The notes under the pieces are model-generated. The model made no database searches. It saw only the letters and a list, made by a program, of their open reading frames with translations, and was not told the origin of the DNA. Below, in pieces: positions 25,486 through 35,734 of a stretch of DNA of 64,000 nucleotides (the first letter of the stretch is position 1; each line of letters opens with the position of its first letter). The position numbers were made by a program, and so were the translations under genes. Source of the stretch: an uncultured Candidatus Saccharibacteria bacterium (GTDB lineage: Bacteria > Patescibacteriota > Doudnabacteria > UBA920); assembly GCA_964532425.1 (NCBI GenBank), contig CAZHIA010000001.1, positions 270,846-334,845 on the forward strand. Direction: 5' to 3'.

Positions 25486-27666
25486 ATGGATCTCAGTAGT
25501 TTGAACGACAAACAGTATGAAGCGGTGACGGCCCCTCTCGGGCCGGTTTTGATCTTGGCCGGGGCAGGCAGCGGCAAGACCCGCGCTCTGGCCTACCGCA
25601 TTGCGTTTTTGTGCCATGAGCATTTAGCCGAACCCGAGCATATTTTGGCTTTAACCTTTACCAACAAAGCGGCCAAAGAGATGGCCGACCGCGTCCAAAG
25701 GATCCTGCAGGACAATCCGTGCAGCGTGCCATATATGGGTACATTCCATTCCATCTGTGCGCGCATCCTGCGGCAGGAGATTATAAAGCTCGGCTACACT
25801 AAAGGATTCACTATTTACGATAGCGATGACCAGGCCAGGGTTGTCCGAGAGATTATCCAGGAGCTGCATATCGACAAACGGTATGGCCCCAGCTTTTTCC
25901 GGGCCATGATCTCGAGCGCAAAAAACATCCTGCAGGCACCCTCGGAACTCCAGATCGGTCTGGACCCGGATACGCACAACTTGGTCCGCGAAGTGTATGT
26001 GCGCTACCAGGATTACCTGTTCCACCAGAACGCGGTGGATTTTGACGACCTGCTCATGCTCACCGTGAAGGTCTTCCAAAATTTCCCGGAGGTTCTCGAA
26101 AAGTACCGCGACCTGTTCCGTTATATCTTGGTCGACGAATATCAGGACACCAACCATGCCCAGTATGTCTTTTTATATCTCCTTGCCGAAAAAACCCATA
26201 ACCTGTTCGTAGTCGGCGATGATGCACAGAGCATTTACGGTTTCCGCGGTAGCAACATCCGAAATATTTTGAATTTCGAGCAGGATTTCCCCGAATGCAA
26301 GGTCATTAAGCTGGAACAGAACTACCGCAGTTCCAAGAATATTTTAGCCGTGGCCCAGAAGGTTATTGAGTTGAACGCCGAACAAAAACCTAAAACGCTG
26401 TGGACGCAAAATGACGAAGGTCCCAAGGTGGAACTGGTCGAATGCGAGGATGAGACAGGCGAGGCCGAGCTGATCGCAAAGAAGATCATCAAAATATCCA
26501 CACTGAAAAACGCGGATGCGGAAACTGATAAACACGGATCAGGTGAACTCGAGTATGAGCCAGAGGAGAAACCTGCGGGCGGATTTTCCATTCTCGACCA
26601 TTTTTTGAAGAAAGCCCGTACCCAGAATAAAAAAGGCGGCCCGCAATTTCCCTCGTTTCTGCCCCAGCTGCCGCGCGATCATGAGCCGCTCAGGCAGTTT
26701 GCCGTGCTATTTCGCACTCACGCTCAATCTCGCGTGCTGGAAGAAATTTTCATCCAGTCAGCCATTCCATACCAGATCATCGGGGGAGTGCGGTTCTATG
26801 AACGCAAAGAGATTAAAGATGTTATAGCCTACTTGCGCCTGGCCATGAACTATCGCGACTTGGTCTCGTTAAAGCGCGTACTGAACGAACCTGCCCGGGG
26901 TATTGGCGAGCGCAGCTATCTGCTCATTAAAGATGCAGTCATGGCCGAAAGCGTGGCTGCGAAGACGGGGAGCCGCGAGCCGCTGCCCCTGGACCGGTTT
27001 GCTGCAAAACTGAAAGACATCAAGTTTGGGCCGAAGATCGCCGCAGCAGTGGATAATTTTTTCCTGTTGCTGGGCCGAATAGCCAGTTTGGACGCTGCGG
27101 AAAACTTGGGCGCGCTCATGCGGCTCGTTATTAAGCGAACCGGCTATGAGGAGTGGGTGCGCGACGGGACCGAGACGGGCGAGGCGCGTTGGGAGAACGT
27201 GGAAGAATTGCTGACCGTGGCGGAAAAGTTCGGTGGCCGGCCATGGAAGGAAGGTCTTGAAGCGTTTTTGGAAGAGGTGGCGCTCATTACGGAGATCGAA
27301 GAGTCGCAGGAAGAACGTGACTGCGTGACACTTATGACTCTGCATTCTGCTAAAGGCTTGGAATTCGATACAGTCTTTTTAATAGGTCTTGAAGAGGGTG
27401 TGCTGCCGCATTCGCGCAGCTTGATGGAGCCGGCTGAGCTCTCCGAGGAGATTCGCCTCGCATACGTGGGGCTGACGCGCGCCCGGAAGAATTTGGTTTT
27501 GACGTATGCCCGCCGCAGGCGCGCGTTTGGCAGCCTGCAATACAACCAGCCGTCGCGCATACTGCGGGTCCTACCGCGCGATAGAGTGAATTTTAAAGGC
27601 TCGTCATATGGCTCTCCGTTCGAGCAGGAAGAAGGGGAGAATACGTATGAAGAACTGGAGTTTTAA
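25486..27666 (+). CDS. pcrA: ATP-dependent DNA helicase, UvrD/PcrA/Rep superfamily 1
   Basis: Walker A AGAGSGKTRAL. Motifs II (ILVDEYQDTN), IV, V and VI (VGLTRARKNLVLTY). Confidence 0.9.
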   Translation: MDLSSLNDKQYEAVTAPLGPVLILAGAGSGKTRALAYRIAFLCHEHLAEPEHILALTFTNKAAKEMADRVQRILQDNPCSVPYMGTFHSICARILRQEIIKLGYTKGFTIYDSDDQARVVREIIQELHIDKRYGPSFFRAMISSAKNILQAPSELQIGLDPDTHNLVREVYVRYQDYLFHQNAVDFDDLLMLTVKVFQNFPEVLEKYRDLFRYILVDEYQDTNHAQYVFLYLLAEKTHNLFVVGDDAQSIYGFRGSNIRNILNFEQDFPECKVIKLEQNYRSSKNILAVAQKVIELNAEQKPKTLWTQNDEGPKVELVECEDETGEAELIAKKIIKISTLKNADAETDKHGSGELEYEPEEKPAGGFSILDHFLKKARTQNKKGGPQFPSFLPQLPRDHEPLRQFAVLFRTHAQSRVLEEIFIQSAIPYQIIGGVRFYERKEIKDVIAYLRLAMNYRDLVSLKRVLNEPARGIGERSYLLIKDAVMAESVAAKTGSREPLPLDRFAAKLKDIKFGPKIAAAVDNFFLLLGRIASLDAAENLGALMRLVIKRTGYEEWVRDGTETGEARWENVEELLTVAEKFGGRPWKEGLEAFLEEVALITEIEESQEERDCVTLMTLHSAKGLEFDTVFLIGLEEGVLPHSRSLMEPAELSEEIRLAYVGLTRARKNLVLTYARRRRAFGSLQYNQPSRILRVLPRDRVNFKGSSYGSPFEQEEGENTYEELEF

Positions 27667-27790
27667 TAGTAATCTCGAATATAACGAATATAGCGCAAAA
27701 TATGCGAATGGCTATTGGCCGTTCCAAGTAACAAAGGACGGTGTGCGGTATTCGGATATTTGTGCTTGATTCGTATATTAGAGATTACTC
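27667..27790. repeat. roughly 120 bp MITE-like intergenic element, copy B
   Basis: Begins TAGTAATCTCGAATATAACGAATATAGCGC right after the helicase stop and ends ...CGTATATTAGAGATTAC. About 88% identical to 19363..19480. Confidence 0.75.
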
Positions 27791-27802
27791 CTTGATACAT
27801 AT

Positions 27803-28720
27803 ATGAACGCTGACGGTTTAAAAGAATATTTACGAAGGTATCAGATAGCACCCAATTTTACGTACGGCCAGAATTTTCTCATTGACGATCTGGTACTGAT
27901 TGATATGGTCGAAGCTGCCGGTGTTACGAAAGGGGATGCGGTATTGGAAATCGGCCCGGGCATCGGCAATTTGACGCGCATGCTGTGCGAACATGCGGGG
28001 TTTGTGCTGAGCGTGGAGAAAGATCCGAAATTCTATCCGATTTTACGATCGATTAAGAAAGATTGTAAAAATTTTCGTTTTGAGGTGGCTGATGCGTTAA
28101 GGTATAATTTTCAGGATTTTTTCCGATCCGGATCTACAGATAGAAATCCGGATCAACGGATAACTACGGATTTGAGACATCAGCAGTTATCAGTAGATCA
28201 GGATGATATCAGTATATCCGGATCGGGTTATAAAGTAGTGGCAAATATCCCATACTACATCACCGGGAAGATCCTCCAGATGCTCTTGAATGCCAAGGAT
28301 AAGCCCACGAGCATCACGGTGCTCACGCAAAAGGAAGTGGCTCAGAACGTGACCGCTAAAACAGGCGACCTGTCTGTGCTGGCCATTTCCGTCCAGCTGT
28401 ATGGAGACCCGAAAATAGTCAAGATTGTCCCGGCAAGAAGCTTTTATCCGGCGCCGAAGGTAGACAGCGCGATTCTGCACATAGACCTGCACAGCAAACC
28501 GAAATATGAGATTGGGGATGAAAAGAAATTCTTTTCCCTGCTGAAAGCTTGTTTTGCAGGCAAGCGAAAGCAAATTCACAACACGCTGAAGAACAATTTG
28601 CGCATGACAGAGGAAGAGGTTAAGCGAGTCCTTGGCGCTACCGGTATCCGCCCTGAAGCCAGGCCGCAAGAACTTTCCATCGATGATTGGGTCAGGCTAA
28701 GCCAGAATTTAAAGATTTAA
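27803..28720 (+). CDS. rsmA: 16S rRNA (adenine1518-N6/adenine1519-N6)-dimethyltransferase RsmA/KsgA
   Basis: YGQNFLID, the SAM motif LEIGPGIGNLT, and NIPYYIT. It contains a roughly 35 aa repeat-derived insertion (CCGGATC repeats at 28120..28230). Confidence 0.9.
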   Translation: MNADGLKEYLRRYQIAPNFTYGQNFLIDDLVLIDMVEAAGVTKGDAVLEIGPGIGNLTRMLCEHAGFVLSVEKDPKFYPILRSIKKDCKNFRFEVADALRYNFQDFFRSGSTDRNPDQRITTDLRHQQLSVDQDDISISGSGYKVVANIPYYITGKILQMLLNAKDKPTSITVLTQKEVAQNVTAKTGDLSVLAISVQLYGDPKIVKIVPARSFYPAPKVDSAILHIDLHSKPKYEIGDEKKFFSLLKACFAGKRKQIHNTLKNNLRMTEEEVKRVLGATGIRPEARPQELSIDDWVRLSQNLKI

Positions 28721-28742
28721 GATTAAATGATTTAAAATTTAA

Positions 28743-28768
28743 ACCACTCCCGCACGGGAGTGGTTTTG
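28743..28768 (+). terminator. rho-independent terminator
   Basis: CCACTCCCG-cac-GGGAGTGG followed by TTTTG. Confidence 0.7.
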
Positions 28769-28859
28769 TATAGAGGTGGTCAAATGTCACCCTTCAACAG
28801 GTTCAGGATAACCCTGAGCGAAGCCCTGCTCAGCGGGGCGGAGTCAAATGGGCCAAAGG

Positions 28860-29348
28860 TCAATGGTTGCCCGCTGCCTGTTCGCCAATTGTCGTTCCAG
28901 CCTGGACCTCGTGCCGGTCGGACCAACCAGCATTGACTTCGAGCACTGCATCCACCGGCGCAGGCGGCGAGTATACCGGAAGCTGGCCGGTGCTGGTCTT
29001 GGGTGCAGGAATGTTTTTGGTGATACCAATAATGGTATTGTTTTTGATCCAGATCAGGTCCAGATCGAACAGCATGTCCTTCATCCAGAAGCTTGGCTCG
29101 GTGGAAGTGCCGGCACCGAAATCGAACAACATGCCCTGATCGTCGGTTAAAGGCGGCCTGCCGGAGAGTCCGTGTGCCATGTCCTGCGGAGTAGTGACGC
29201 GCTGCACATACAGAGGCGTTCTGCCTATCGTGACCCGTTCCGTGTACGGTTTTTCGGAGACCTGGTTAATGGGTTGCTGGGTTTGGCCGCATGCGGCTGC
29301 CAGGGTGAGCAGTCCGAGGATTGCACACGTTCGTTGGATGTATCGCAT
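28860..29348 (-). CDS. DUF192 (COG1430) family secreted/lipoprotein
   Basis: Signal peptide with AAACGQ. Conserved GMLFDF...FWMKDMLFDLDLIWI...VLEVNAGW pattern. Confidence 0.7.
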   Translation of the reverse strand: MRYIQRTCAILGLLTLAAACGQTQQPINQVSEKPYTERVTIGRTPLYVQRVTTPQDMAHGLSGRPPLTDDQGMLFDFGAGTSTEPSFWMKDMLFDLDLIWIKNNTIIGITKNIPAPKTSTGQLPVYSPPAPVDAVLEVNAGWSDRHEVQAGTTIGEQAAGNH

Positions 29349-29430
29349 GGTTTCAGTATAGGTAAAAATTTAAAATAATGCTATAATGGGGACGATGAAC
29401 GCCGGCCAGAGCCGTCGCTGATCCGATATC

Positions 29431-29925
29431 ATGGCAACCGCGAAACATAAACACAATAAGCATTTTCATTGGGGCAACCTCGTTGTTGTTTTAGTGGTGG
29501 CAGCATTTTTAGTTGTCGCTTCGTTGCTACGAACCGGAACACTCCATTTGGTTCCAGACCCCCAAGATGGTGGTATTGATTCGTATTTTACTTCGCTGGA
29601 AACCGTGCGTTCAGAGAATTATTTTTCTGATTTGGTCATTGAACCTGCAACTGGCAGCAAGCCGCAGCCTGCGGAGCAGGAACCCGTGGTTCCTGGTGCT
29701 CAGCCGATGAACGATCTGAATGTCCCCAAACAGCCGAAGCAGCCATCGGCTGCATCGACAAAGGACTCGATGCTGGTTTCGTTCACTCGAAATTTGAACA
29801 ATGCACTCCATCAGCAATTATCAGTCATGGCTCATGAGCAAGCGCAGGTTGCGGGGGCTGAGGCGAGCAAACCCATCGAACCCATCCGTGGCTGGACGCA
29901 GTATCCTATCAGGCTGGGAGAATAA
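29431..29925 (+). CDS. membrane-anchored hypothetical protein (164 aa)
   Basis: His-rich N-terminus, one TM, Pro/Gln-rich linker. Confidence 0.45.
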   Translation: MATAKHKHNKHFHWGNLVVVLVVAAFLVVASLLRTGTLHLVPDPQDGGIDSYFTSLETVRSENYFSDLVIEPATGSKPQPAEQEPVVPGAQPMNDLNVPKQPKQPSAASTKDSMLVSFTRNLNNALHQQLSVMAHEQAQVAGAEASKPIEPIRGWTQYPIRLGE

Positions 29926-29934
29926 CACGATTTT

Positions 29935-29965
29935 CAAAACCGGTACTAGCCGGTTTTATTTTATA
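29935..29965 (+). terminator. rho-independent terminator
   Basis: AAACCGGTACTAGCCGGTTT followed by TATTTTAT. Confidence 0.65.
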
Positions 29966-29983
29966 CTACTGACCTAAATAAAT

Positions 29984-30037
29984 CATGCGACATATTCCAT
30001 TTTTGTCCGGTCGGACAAAAATGGAATATGTCGCATG
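29984..30037. repeat. 54 bp perfect hairpin palindrome CATGCGACATATTCCATTTTTGTCCGGTCGGACAAAAATGGAATATGTCGCATG (P2 family)
   Basis: Immediately upstream of wHTH-Cas2-like paralog 2. Confidence 0.85.
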
Positions 30038-30091
30038 GACATGGGGGTGGAAAAAGTTTGAAAATAATTCCCTTAAACTGAGGGTAATCAT

Positions 30092-30649
30092 ATGGCAAGG
30101 AAACACAAGCGGAACAGTAAGGAGGTCAAATTGACAGTCGCTGGGCATATACTAATATATTTGCTAGTAGGAATAGATTTGTTGCCCCGGCCGTTTGAAC
30201 ATAAAACCGCCTACGTCAAAAGAATTTTTAAAGGACAAGTCGCTTACTCGGCCTATTGGTCAGCCGTACAGCGCCTTGAGCGGCTTGGTTTAGTGATTGA
30301 AAAAGAAGACGATAATGGAAATATTGTATTCGCATTGACTGAGAAGGGGAGACTCGAAGCTTTATTTGAGAAAGCGAAGATTCAGAAGCAGGAACCGTGG
30401 GATGGAAAATGGAGATTGATGATCTTTGATATTCCTGAAAAGGCCCGCCATCAGCGCAGATTATTGCGCTATTTATTGAGAAAGAATCAATTTGTTAAAT
30501 TGCAAGAAAGTGTCTTTATTAGCCCTTACGCTCTGAATGTTGAAGCGATTGCGTATTTAAAAGAAACTGGCTTGAATGTATATATTCGTCTGCTTCGCGT
30601 AGACCAAATGGATGATGATAAGGACCTTTGTAAGAAGTTTGGTTTATGA
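30092..30649 (+). CDS. winged-HTH + Cas2-like (PaaX_C-type) protein, putative transcriptional regulator (paralog 2)
   Basis: About 45-50% identity to the 13250 protein across the C-terminal half (WDGKWRLMIFDIPEKARHQRRLLRYLLRKNQFVKLQESVFISPY...AIAYLKETGLNVYIRLLRVDQMDDD). Confidence 0.6.
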   Translation: MARKHKRNSKEVKLTVAGHILIYLLVGIDLLPRPFEHKTAYVKRIFKGQVAYSAYWSAVQRLERLGLVIEKEDDNGNIVFALTEKGRLEALFEKAKIQKQEPWDGKWRLMIFDIPEKARHQRRLLRYLLRKNQFVKLQESVFISPYALNVEAIAYLKETGLNVYIRLLRVDQMDDDKDLCKKFGL

Positions 30650-30684
30650 GTTTAAAAATCATATTTGCTGCCCGAACCAGGAAC

Positions 30685-30718
30685 ATTCCATTTTTGTCCG
30701 GTCGGACAAAAATGGAAT
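30685..30718. repeat. P2-family hairpin palindrome ATTCCATTTTTGTCCGGTCGGACAAAAATGGAAT
   Basis: Directly downstream of paralog 2; same core as the repeats at 11624 and 29984. Confidence 0.8.
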
Positions 30719-30979
30719 ATAACAAATAGAAGAGGATGAGTATGGTTTTGAAGGTTGGGTTTGGATTAGAAATGAATCGGAAATGAATGGAAAATGGTTC
30801 CCGGTTTGTAGGATGTGGTTATTGGGAAAAAATTTTGTGGACAAACGGGGTTTGTGGTATAATATTTGCAAGAAATGTAGAGCGAGTTTCGGAAATAAAG
30901 GTTCACTCTGTAAACAGCACGGAAGTGAACCTGTATTAGCTCCTCGGCTCGCTCGTCCGCAAGCGGCCGGCCTCTCTCT

Positions 30980-33900
30980 ATGTCGCTAATTAAAACAGAT
31001 CTGGTGAGATTTCCTCTTTCTAAAATAAAATCAGCCATTTTTATAGTTTTGGCCGTGTTTTCCGTGGCAATCGGAGTTGCTGCGGCGTATCCGCGTCCGG
31101 TTTTAGCCCAGACAACCGCTTCGTCCGGGCCGATTTCCGATTGGGAGCCTGTGAATATCCGCGGCAGCGAACCGGCTACGACGACGGCCGAATCGCTCGG
31201 ACAAGTGGCTGGGACTTCAACTTCGGCGAGTAGCGAGAATGGCGCCTCAGGAGCCATTAAAGGGATGATTACACTGGTCAACTTGGTCATTCGCGCAATT
31301 TTGACTTTGATCAACAAGGTGATATTCGTTATTTTCACCACCCTGATCGCACCTTTTTTGGAGGCAATGCTGTCCATTCATACGTATAGCGACAAGTTCG
31401 TATCGATCATCTACCCCGGCTGGCAGATTGTGCGAAACCTCTCAAACATGGTTTTTATCATAGCCTTGATAGCCATTGCCATGGGTACGCTGTTCCAAAT
31501 GAGCAATTACCAGTTCAGGCAGCTCTTGATCAAGCTTGTTATAGCTGCGCTTTTGGTGAACTTCAGCCTGGTCATTGGCCAAGCGGTACTTGGTCTGGCG
31601 GATACGATACAAAACCAATTTTTGCCGAATAATTCAGAAGCCATCAGGACGCTTGCGAGAGATTTAATGGAGCGCGGCACTGTTGAGATTTTTAACAACG
31701 TTCCGGTTACTACCGACCCGTTTAGCGTAGCTGCCAACTTATTGTTTATGGAAATGGTGACGCTAGGAACTTTTGCAGTGTTTGTGGCTATGGTAGCATT
31801 TTTGGCGATACGGGTTATTGCCTTATGGATATTGCTGATGGTGTCGCCGCTTGCGTATGTGGCAGGAGTGTTGCCAACGACAGCGGGATTGCGCGGCAAG
31901 TGGTGGAGCGAGTTTTTGAAATACGCTTTCTTCACTCCAATCATGGCTTTCTTTATTAACCTGGTTGCCATGATGAATAAGGCGTATGGGGGAGGCCAGC
32001 TGCTCGGGCAATTGATCAGCAACCCGGTGACCAACAGTGCGATTGCAAACTTTTTCTTGCAAATTTCCAGCAACATTTTACTCGTAGTATTTCTGTTTTA
32101 TTCGCTCAAGTGGGCTGAAGGGGCTGGTGTATTCGGTTCGGCTGCCATTAGTAAAGTTGCACAAAAAGGATTCTGGGCGCCGATGAATGTATCCAGAGCC
32201 GGGTTGAATGCCGGGTATAACAAGACCAAAGAAGGTCTGAATACGGCTCGCATGAAGGCGGCAACGGCTTTGGGTAGTCCGGGTGCCGGCGGTAAAAAGC
32301 CGAACATGTTTGCCCGTGCCGCATCGTACACGCTCGGGTATCCGGAAAGCGCCAAGGCCAAGAAGGAAGCCAAGGAGAAAAAGCTGCACGATTTGCAGCA
32401 TGACTTACAGGCGGTGCGTTCTGATGCTTTAGTGGCTTCCCAGGGCGGACATCCGCACGAGCGCCTTCATAACATTGACCACCGCAAGGACGACAAAGTT
32501 AAGGCATCGCCATTCTTCAATGGTGCAACTTCAGCGCATGGGTTTGATGCCGCGCAAGACGATCCGAAGCTTTCTAAGGTGGACCGCATGGCTGCCCAGG
32601 CTGCGGAATTTGAGAAGACCGTGGACGGGGACGATGTGGAAGGCTTCTTGAAGAGCAAGGGCTACGCGCCAACCCGCGAAGGGTATGTGCAGTTTGCCAA
32701 TGACCTAACGACCAAATATGGCTGGGACCAGGATTATGCCAAGCATTATTTGGCTAAAATGGATTCCAAGTTCAAGAAGAATAACCAGTTGAATTACGTG
32801 GGCGTGGTGGATACGGAAAGTCATAATATGGATATGGTTAGTATGACGAACATTCCGGCTCAGATTGAGGGCACTAATATGCTGGAAGGCCAGGAAGAGT
32901 TCGAGCGCATCCAAAAATTACCATTTGACCAACGGAAGGGGGCAGCAGATGCCCTCTCCGGTGATGAGCAGCAGCGCTATGCCAAGTACAAGAACTTCTT
33001 TGATGCCCAACGCAATTATGACCGCATCGACAAAGGACAAATTCAGGAGAAAGATTTGTCAGATGCGGAGCGGGCGAATATGGCAGCGTACAAGCCATAT
33101 CTCAAGATGGTCAACGGCCAGTATAAGGCCCGGGCTAAAAAAGGCACGCGTGCGCTGGTGGCCGATGTTCCGGCTAATGTGTACTATGCCAAGGATAAGT
33201 CCGGTAAGCTCATAGTGACCGATCAGGCTGCCGAGTTGTTGACGACCGGCGGCGAAGACCTCTACCGCCAGTCTGGCGCTGTCAGCGAAGCCCATAAGCT
33301 GGCGTATGACAAGATCATCCATGAAAAGGGTGGCGCTAAAAAGATGGAAGATGCCTTTACGACAGCCATCTATCGCCAGCAGCAGATGGAGGGCAAGGAT
33401 GATATTAAGTTAGCCCGCACACAGGCTCGCCAGAAAGTTACCGAGGTTTCCAAGAATTTGTATAATACTGCGATCAGTTATAGCGAAGATACGGGGACTT
33501 GGTCAGAGCCGGTTAAACTGGTTTCCCAGACCAAATCTTTGCAGGATGTGGTCAAGGAAGATACCAATTTGAACCGCCATTTTTCAGGACTGGAGCAGAA
33601 GGATGCCAATCGTGTGGTCCAGTATTACTCTTCCGGCTGGAACGAACCGGAACGGTTTAAGAGCGGTTTATCTGAGAGTATGGTAAAGATGCGTGAGGGA
33701 CTTAAAACCGATGAGGAGCGTGCTTCATTCGATAATTTGGTAGATGGAATAAAAGACCAGCAAGCACAGGCTTTTGCTGGCCGGTTCCAACCCCAGCAAC
33801 TTTCCCAGCCTGGCCGCGAAGTGGTTATGGATGGAGGACAGCTACAGGAAACGTCCCAAGCCATCCAAACTTCATTCCGCACGGTTATGGATGCTAATCC

Positions 33901-34642
33901 AAATCTGGAAATGCGCGATTATCGGGATCAAGTGGCTGACCAGTTGCGATCCAATTTAACAAATGTATCATATACGGTCAAAGAGACTGGTGAGGTGAAG
34001 ACTCTGGGAGAAGACCCTGCAGAAATGGAAAAAGTCGTCAACGTTGTCATGGCCGGAGTGGAACAGCGCGAGCCGGTAGCGGGTGCGACGGCCGCTGCCA
34101 CAACGCGTACTCAGACCACGACGCAGACTACCGCTACTCAAACTCGGGAATCAACTATTACTACTCCGCCAGGAACATTTACGAATGCGGCCCGGGATAC
34201 GGAATTGCGCCAGGAAGCTTTGCGTACTGCCAATGCATCATTTGATTCGGTTAGCCGACCCGCACCTGCCACACCTTCAACTACCACCACTACGACGACC
34301 CGTGTTGTACAAGAACCCGCAGGTGCTCCGCCTGTAACCAGGGTGGAAGTTAATACGGCCGCGACGCCTTCAGCTTCAAATCCTGTTGAGGTGAATGTTT
34401 CCGCACCTCAAACCACGACCCGGACCGCGTCCGCGCCCAGCACACCCGCAACACCTTCCCAGCCGGGCCCGTCACCCATTGTGGCACCCCCTGGTACGTT
34501 TGGCAGGCAGCGCGATGAGACGCTTCGGCAGGATGCCATGAATGCTGCGAGGCGCGGATCTGGACCGCGTTCCAACAGACCGTCTCCCGGCATGCCTGGC
34601 CAGCCTCCTGCTCCGCCAGCCGGAGGGGGAGTATCGGCTTAG
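30980..34642 (+). CDS. VirB6/TrbL-like polytopic membrane protein of a type IV secretion-like system, with a roughly 800 aa hydrophilic C-terminal extension
   Basis: N-terminal signal peptide (cleavage about VLAQTTA), then at least 6 TM helices over the first roughly 400 aa, as in TrbL/VirB6. The long C-terminus ends in a Thr/Pro-rich low-complexity tail. Genomic context is VirB4 and a VirB1-like gene. Confidence 0.5.
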   Translation: MSLIKTDLVRFPLSKIKSAIFIVLAVFSVAIGVAAAYPRPVLAQTTASSGPISDWEPVNIRGSEPATTTAESLGQVAGTSTSASSENGASGAIKGMITLVNLVIRAILTLINKVIFVIFTTLIAPFLEAMLSIHTYSDKFVSIIYPGWQIVRNLSNMVFIIALIAIAMGTLFQMSNYQFRQLLIKLVIAALLVNFSLVIGQAVLGLADTIQNQFLPNNSEAIRTLARDLMERGTVEIFNNVPVTTDPFSVAANLLFMEMVTLGTFAVFVAMVAFLAIRVIALWILLMVSPLAYVAGVLPTTAGLRGKWWSEFLKYAFFTPIMAFFINLVAMMNKAYGGGQLLGQLISNPVTNSAIANFFLQISSNILLVVFLFYSLKWAEGAGVFGSAAISKVAQKGFWAPMNVSRAGLNAGYNKTKEGLNTARMKAATALGSPGAGGKKPNMFARAASYTLGYPESAKAKKEAKEKKLHDLQHDLQAVRSDALVASQGGHPHERLHNIDHRKDDKVKASPFFNGATSAHGFDAAQDDPKLSKVDRMAAQAAEFEKTVDGDDVEGFLKSKGYAPTREGYVQFANDLTTKYGWDQDYAKHYLAKMDSKFKKNNQLNYVGVVDTESHNMDMVSMTNIPAQIEGTNMLEGQEEFERIQKLPFDQRKGAADALSGDEQQRYAKYKNFFDAQRNYDRIDKGQIQEKDLSDAERANMAAYKPYLKMVNGQYKARAKKGTRALVADVPANVYYAKDKSGKLIVTDQAAELLTTGGEDLYRQSGAVSEAHKLAYDKIIHEKGGAKKMEDAFTTAIYRQQQMEGKDDIKLARTQARQKVTEVSKNLYNTAISYSEDTGTWSEPVKLVSQTKSLQDVVKEDTNLNRHFSGLEQKDANRVVQYYSSGWNEPERFKSGLSESMVKMREGLKTDEERASFDNLVDGIKDQQAQAFAGRFQPQQLSQPGREVVMDGGQLQETSQAIQTSFRTVMDANPNLEMRDYRDQVADQLRSNLTNVSYTVKETGEVKTLGEDPAEMEKVVNVVMAGVEQREPVAGATAAATTRTQTTTQTTATQTRESTITTPPGTFTNAARDTELRQEALRTANASFDSVSRPAPATPSTTTTTTTRVVQEPAGAPPVTRVEVNTAATPSASNPVEVNVSAPQTTTRTASAPSTPATPSQPGPSPIVAPPGTFGRQRDETLRQDAMNAARRGSGPRSNRPSPGMPGQPPAPPAGGGVSA

Positions 34643-34663
34643 TACTATAATTTTTAGGTCCAT

Positions 34664-35731
34664 ATGATCAGCATCCCCTTAGACCAACTGCAAAAGTCCA
34701 TTCAAAATCCGGCTCTCGACCCCGAGGAGCAGCGGTTATTGCTCAAGGCGGCTCCCGAGCTCGGTCCGAATGTCGGACTGTACCTGTTCCGCAAGGCAAC
34801 GGCGTACGATTTTGATATTTATGCCCACTCGGTCTTTCGTGCGGTGTTTGATAGTTTTATTGCCCTGCGGGCGCTGAAAGACGGGGATTTGGAATTTGTG
34901 GCCGGCTTCCTGCAGACTTCCCGAAAAAAAACCTACTATGAAAACGGCAAGCAGATCCTGCCGCTCGCACTCGACCTTTCCTACCTCATTTTTACGCGTA
35001 AGTTTTCGCCGAGCCATGAGTTTCTGGAGGTCCTCTATGATTTTGAATCCGCATTTTTCCAATTCCTCCCTTCGGAAGAAATAGAACGCATCGTACAATA
35101 CAATCTTCTCGCGTATGCCAGGCGGCTGGATTTGCTTTATGAATTCAAGAAGCTGGCCCTGGTCTCGAGCGGTGATCCGGAGTGGGGAGCCGCATATAAC
35201 ACCCACTTGCAGAATAACAGCGAAGTCCTTGGGCAAAAAGAGATCACCGTAAGCGGCAAGCGCGTTTCTCCGACCATAAAGAATTGGCTGCTGGATTATG
35301 TAGCAGAGGTCCCAAAAGCCCTGGACCAGCGCGGGGCATATGACCAGGTTCAGTATATGCGGGTTTCCCAAAATGTCGTCCTGCTGACTATTAATGAGCG
35401 GGCGATCTTACTCGAGATTCTGAAATTGTACCAATGGTTTATGCAACCGGTTGTGACTGAGCATGAAATCGAGACGTACGAAGAGGAGCGGGCGAAGCAA
35501 TTGCGGGCTGCAGCGGAGGTTGCAGCAACCGCGCCACCGCCCATCGTGCCCACGGTTAATAATCTCGAAGTTTTGGCGACCGGCAATCGGGGCCAGAATG
35601 TGGCAGCCGGGCTTGATCTTGGAGGATTGCGGAATGTAAACATTCCGCCAACCCGCCAAGTGGCCAGAGCGGAAGCGCCTCAAAGCGCTATCGATAGAAA
35701 ACTTGAGGAATTAAGAAAGAAGGTGCAATAA
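34664..35731 (+). CDS. hypothetical protein (355 aa), T4SS-locus associated
   Basis: Tightly linked (21 nt gap) downstream of the VirB6-like gene. No domain recognised. Confidence 0.5.
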   Translation: MISIPLDQLQKSIQNPALDPEEQRLLLKAAPELGPNVGLYLFRKATAYDFDIYAHSVFRAVFDSFIALRALKDGDLEFVAGFLQTSRKKTYYENGKQILPLALDLSYLIFTRKFSPSHEFLEVLYDFESAFFQFLPSEEIERIVQYNLLAYARRLDLLYEFKKLALVSSGDPEWGAAYNTHLQNNSEVLGQKEITVSGKRVSPTIKNWLLDYVAEVPKALDQRGAYDQVQYMRVSQNVVLLTINERAILLEILKLYQWFMQPVVTEHEIETYEEERAKQLRAAAEVAATAPPPIVPTVNNLEVLATGNRGQNVAAGLDLGGLRNVNIPPTRQVARAEAPQSAIDRKLEELRKKVQ

Positions 35732-35734
35732 CCC

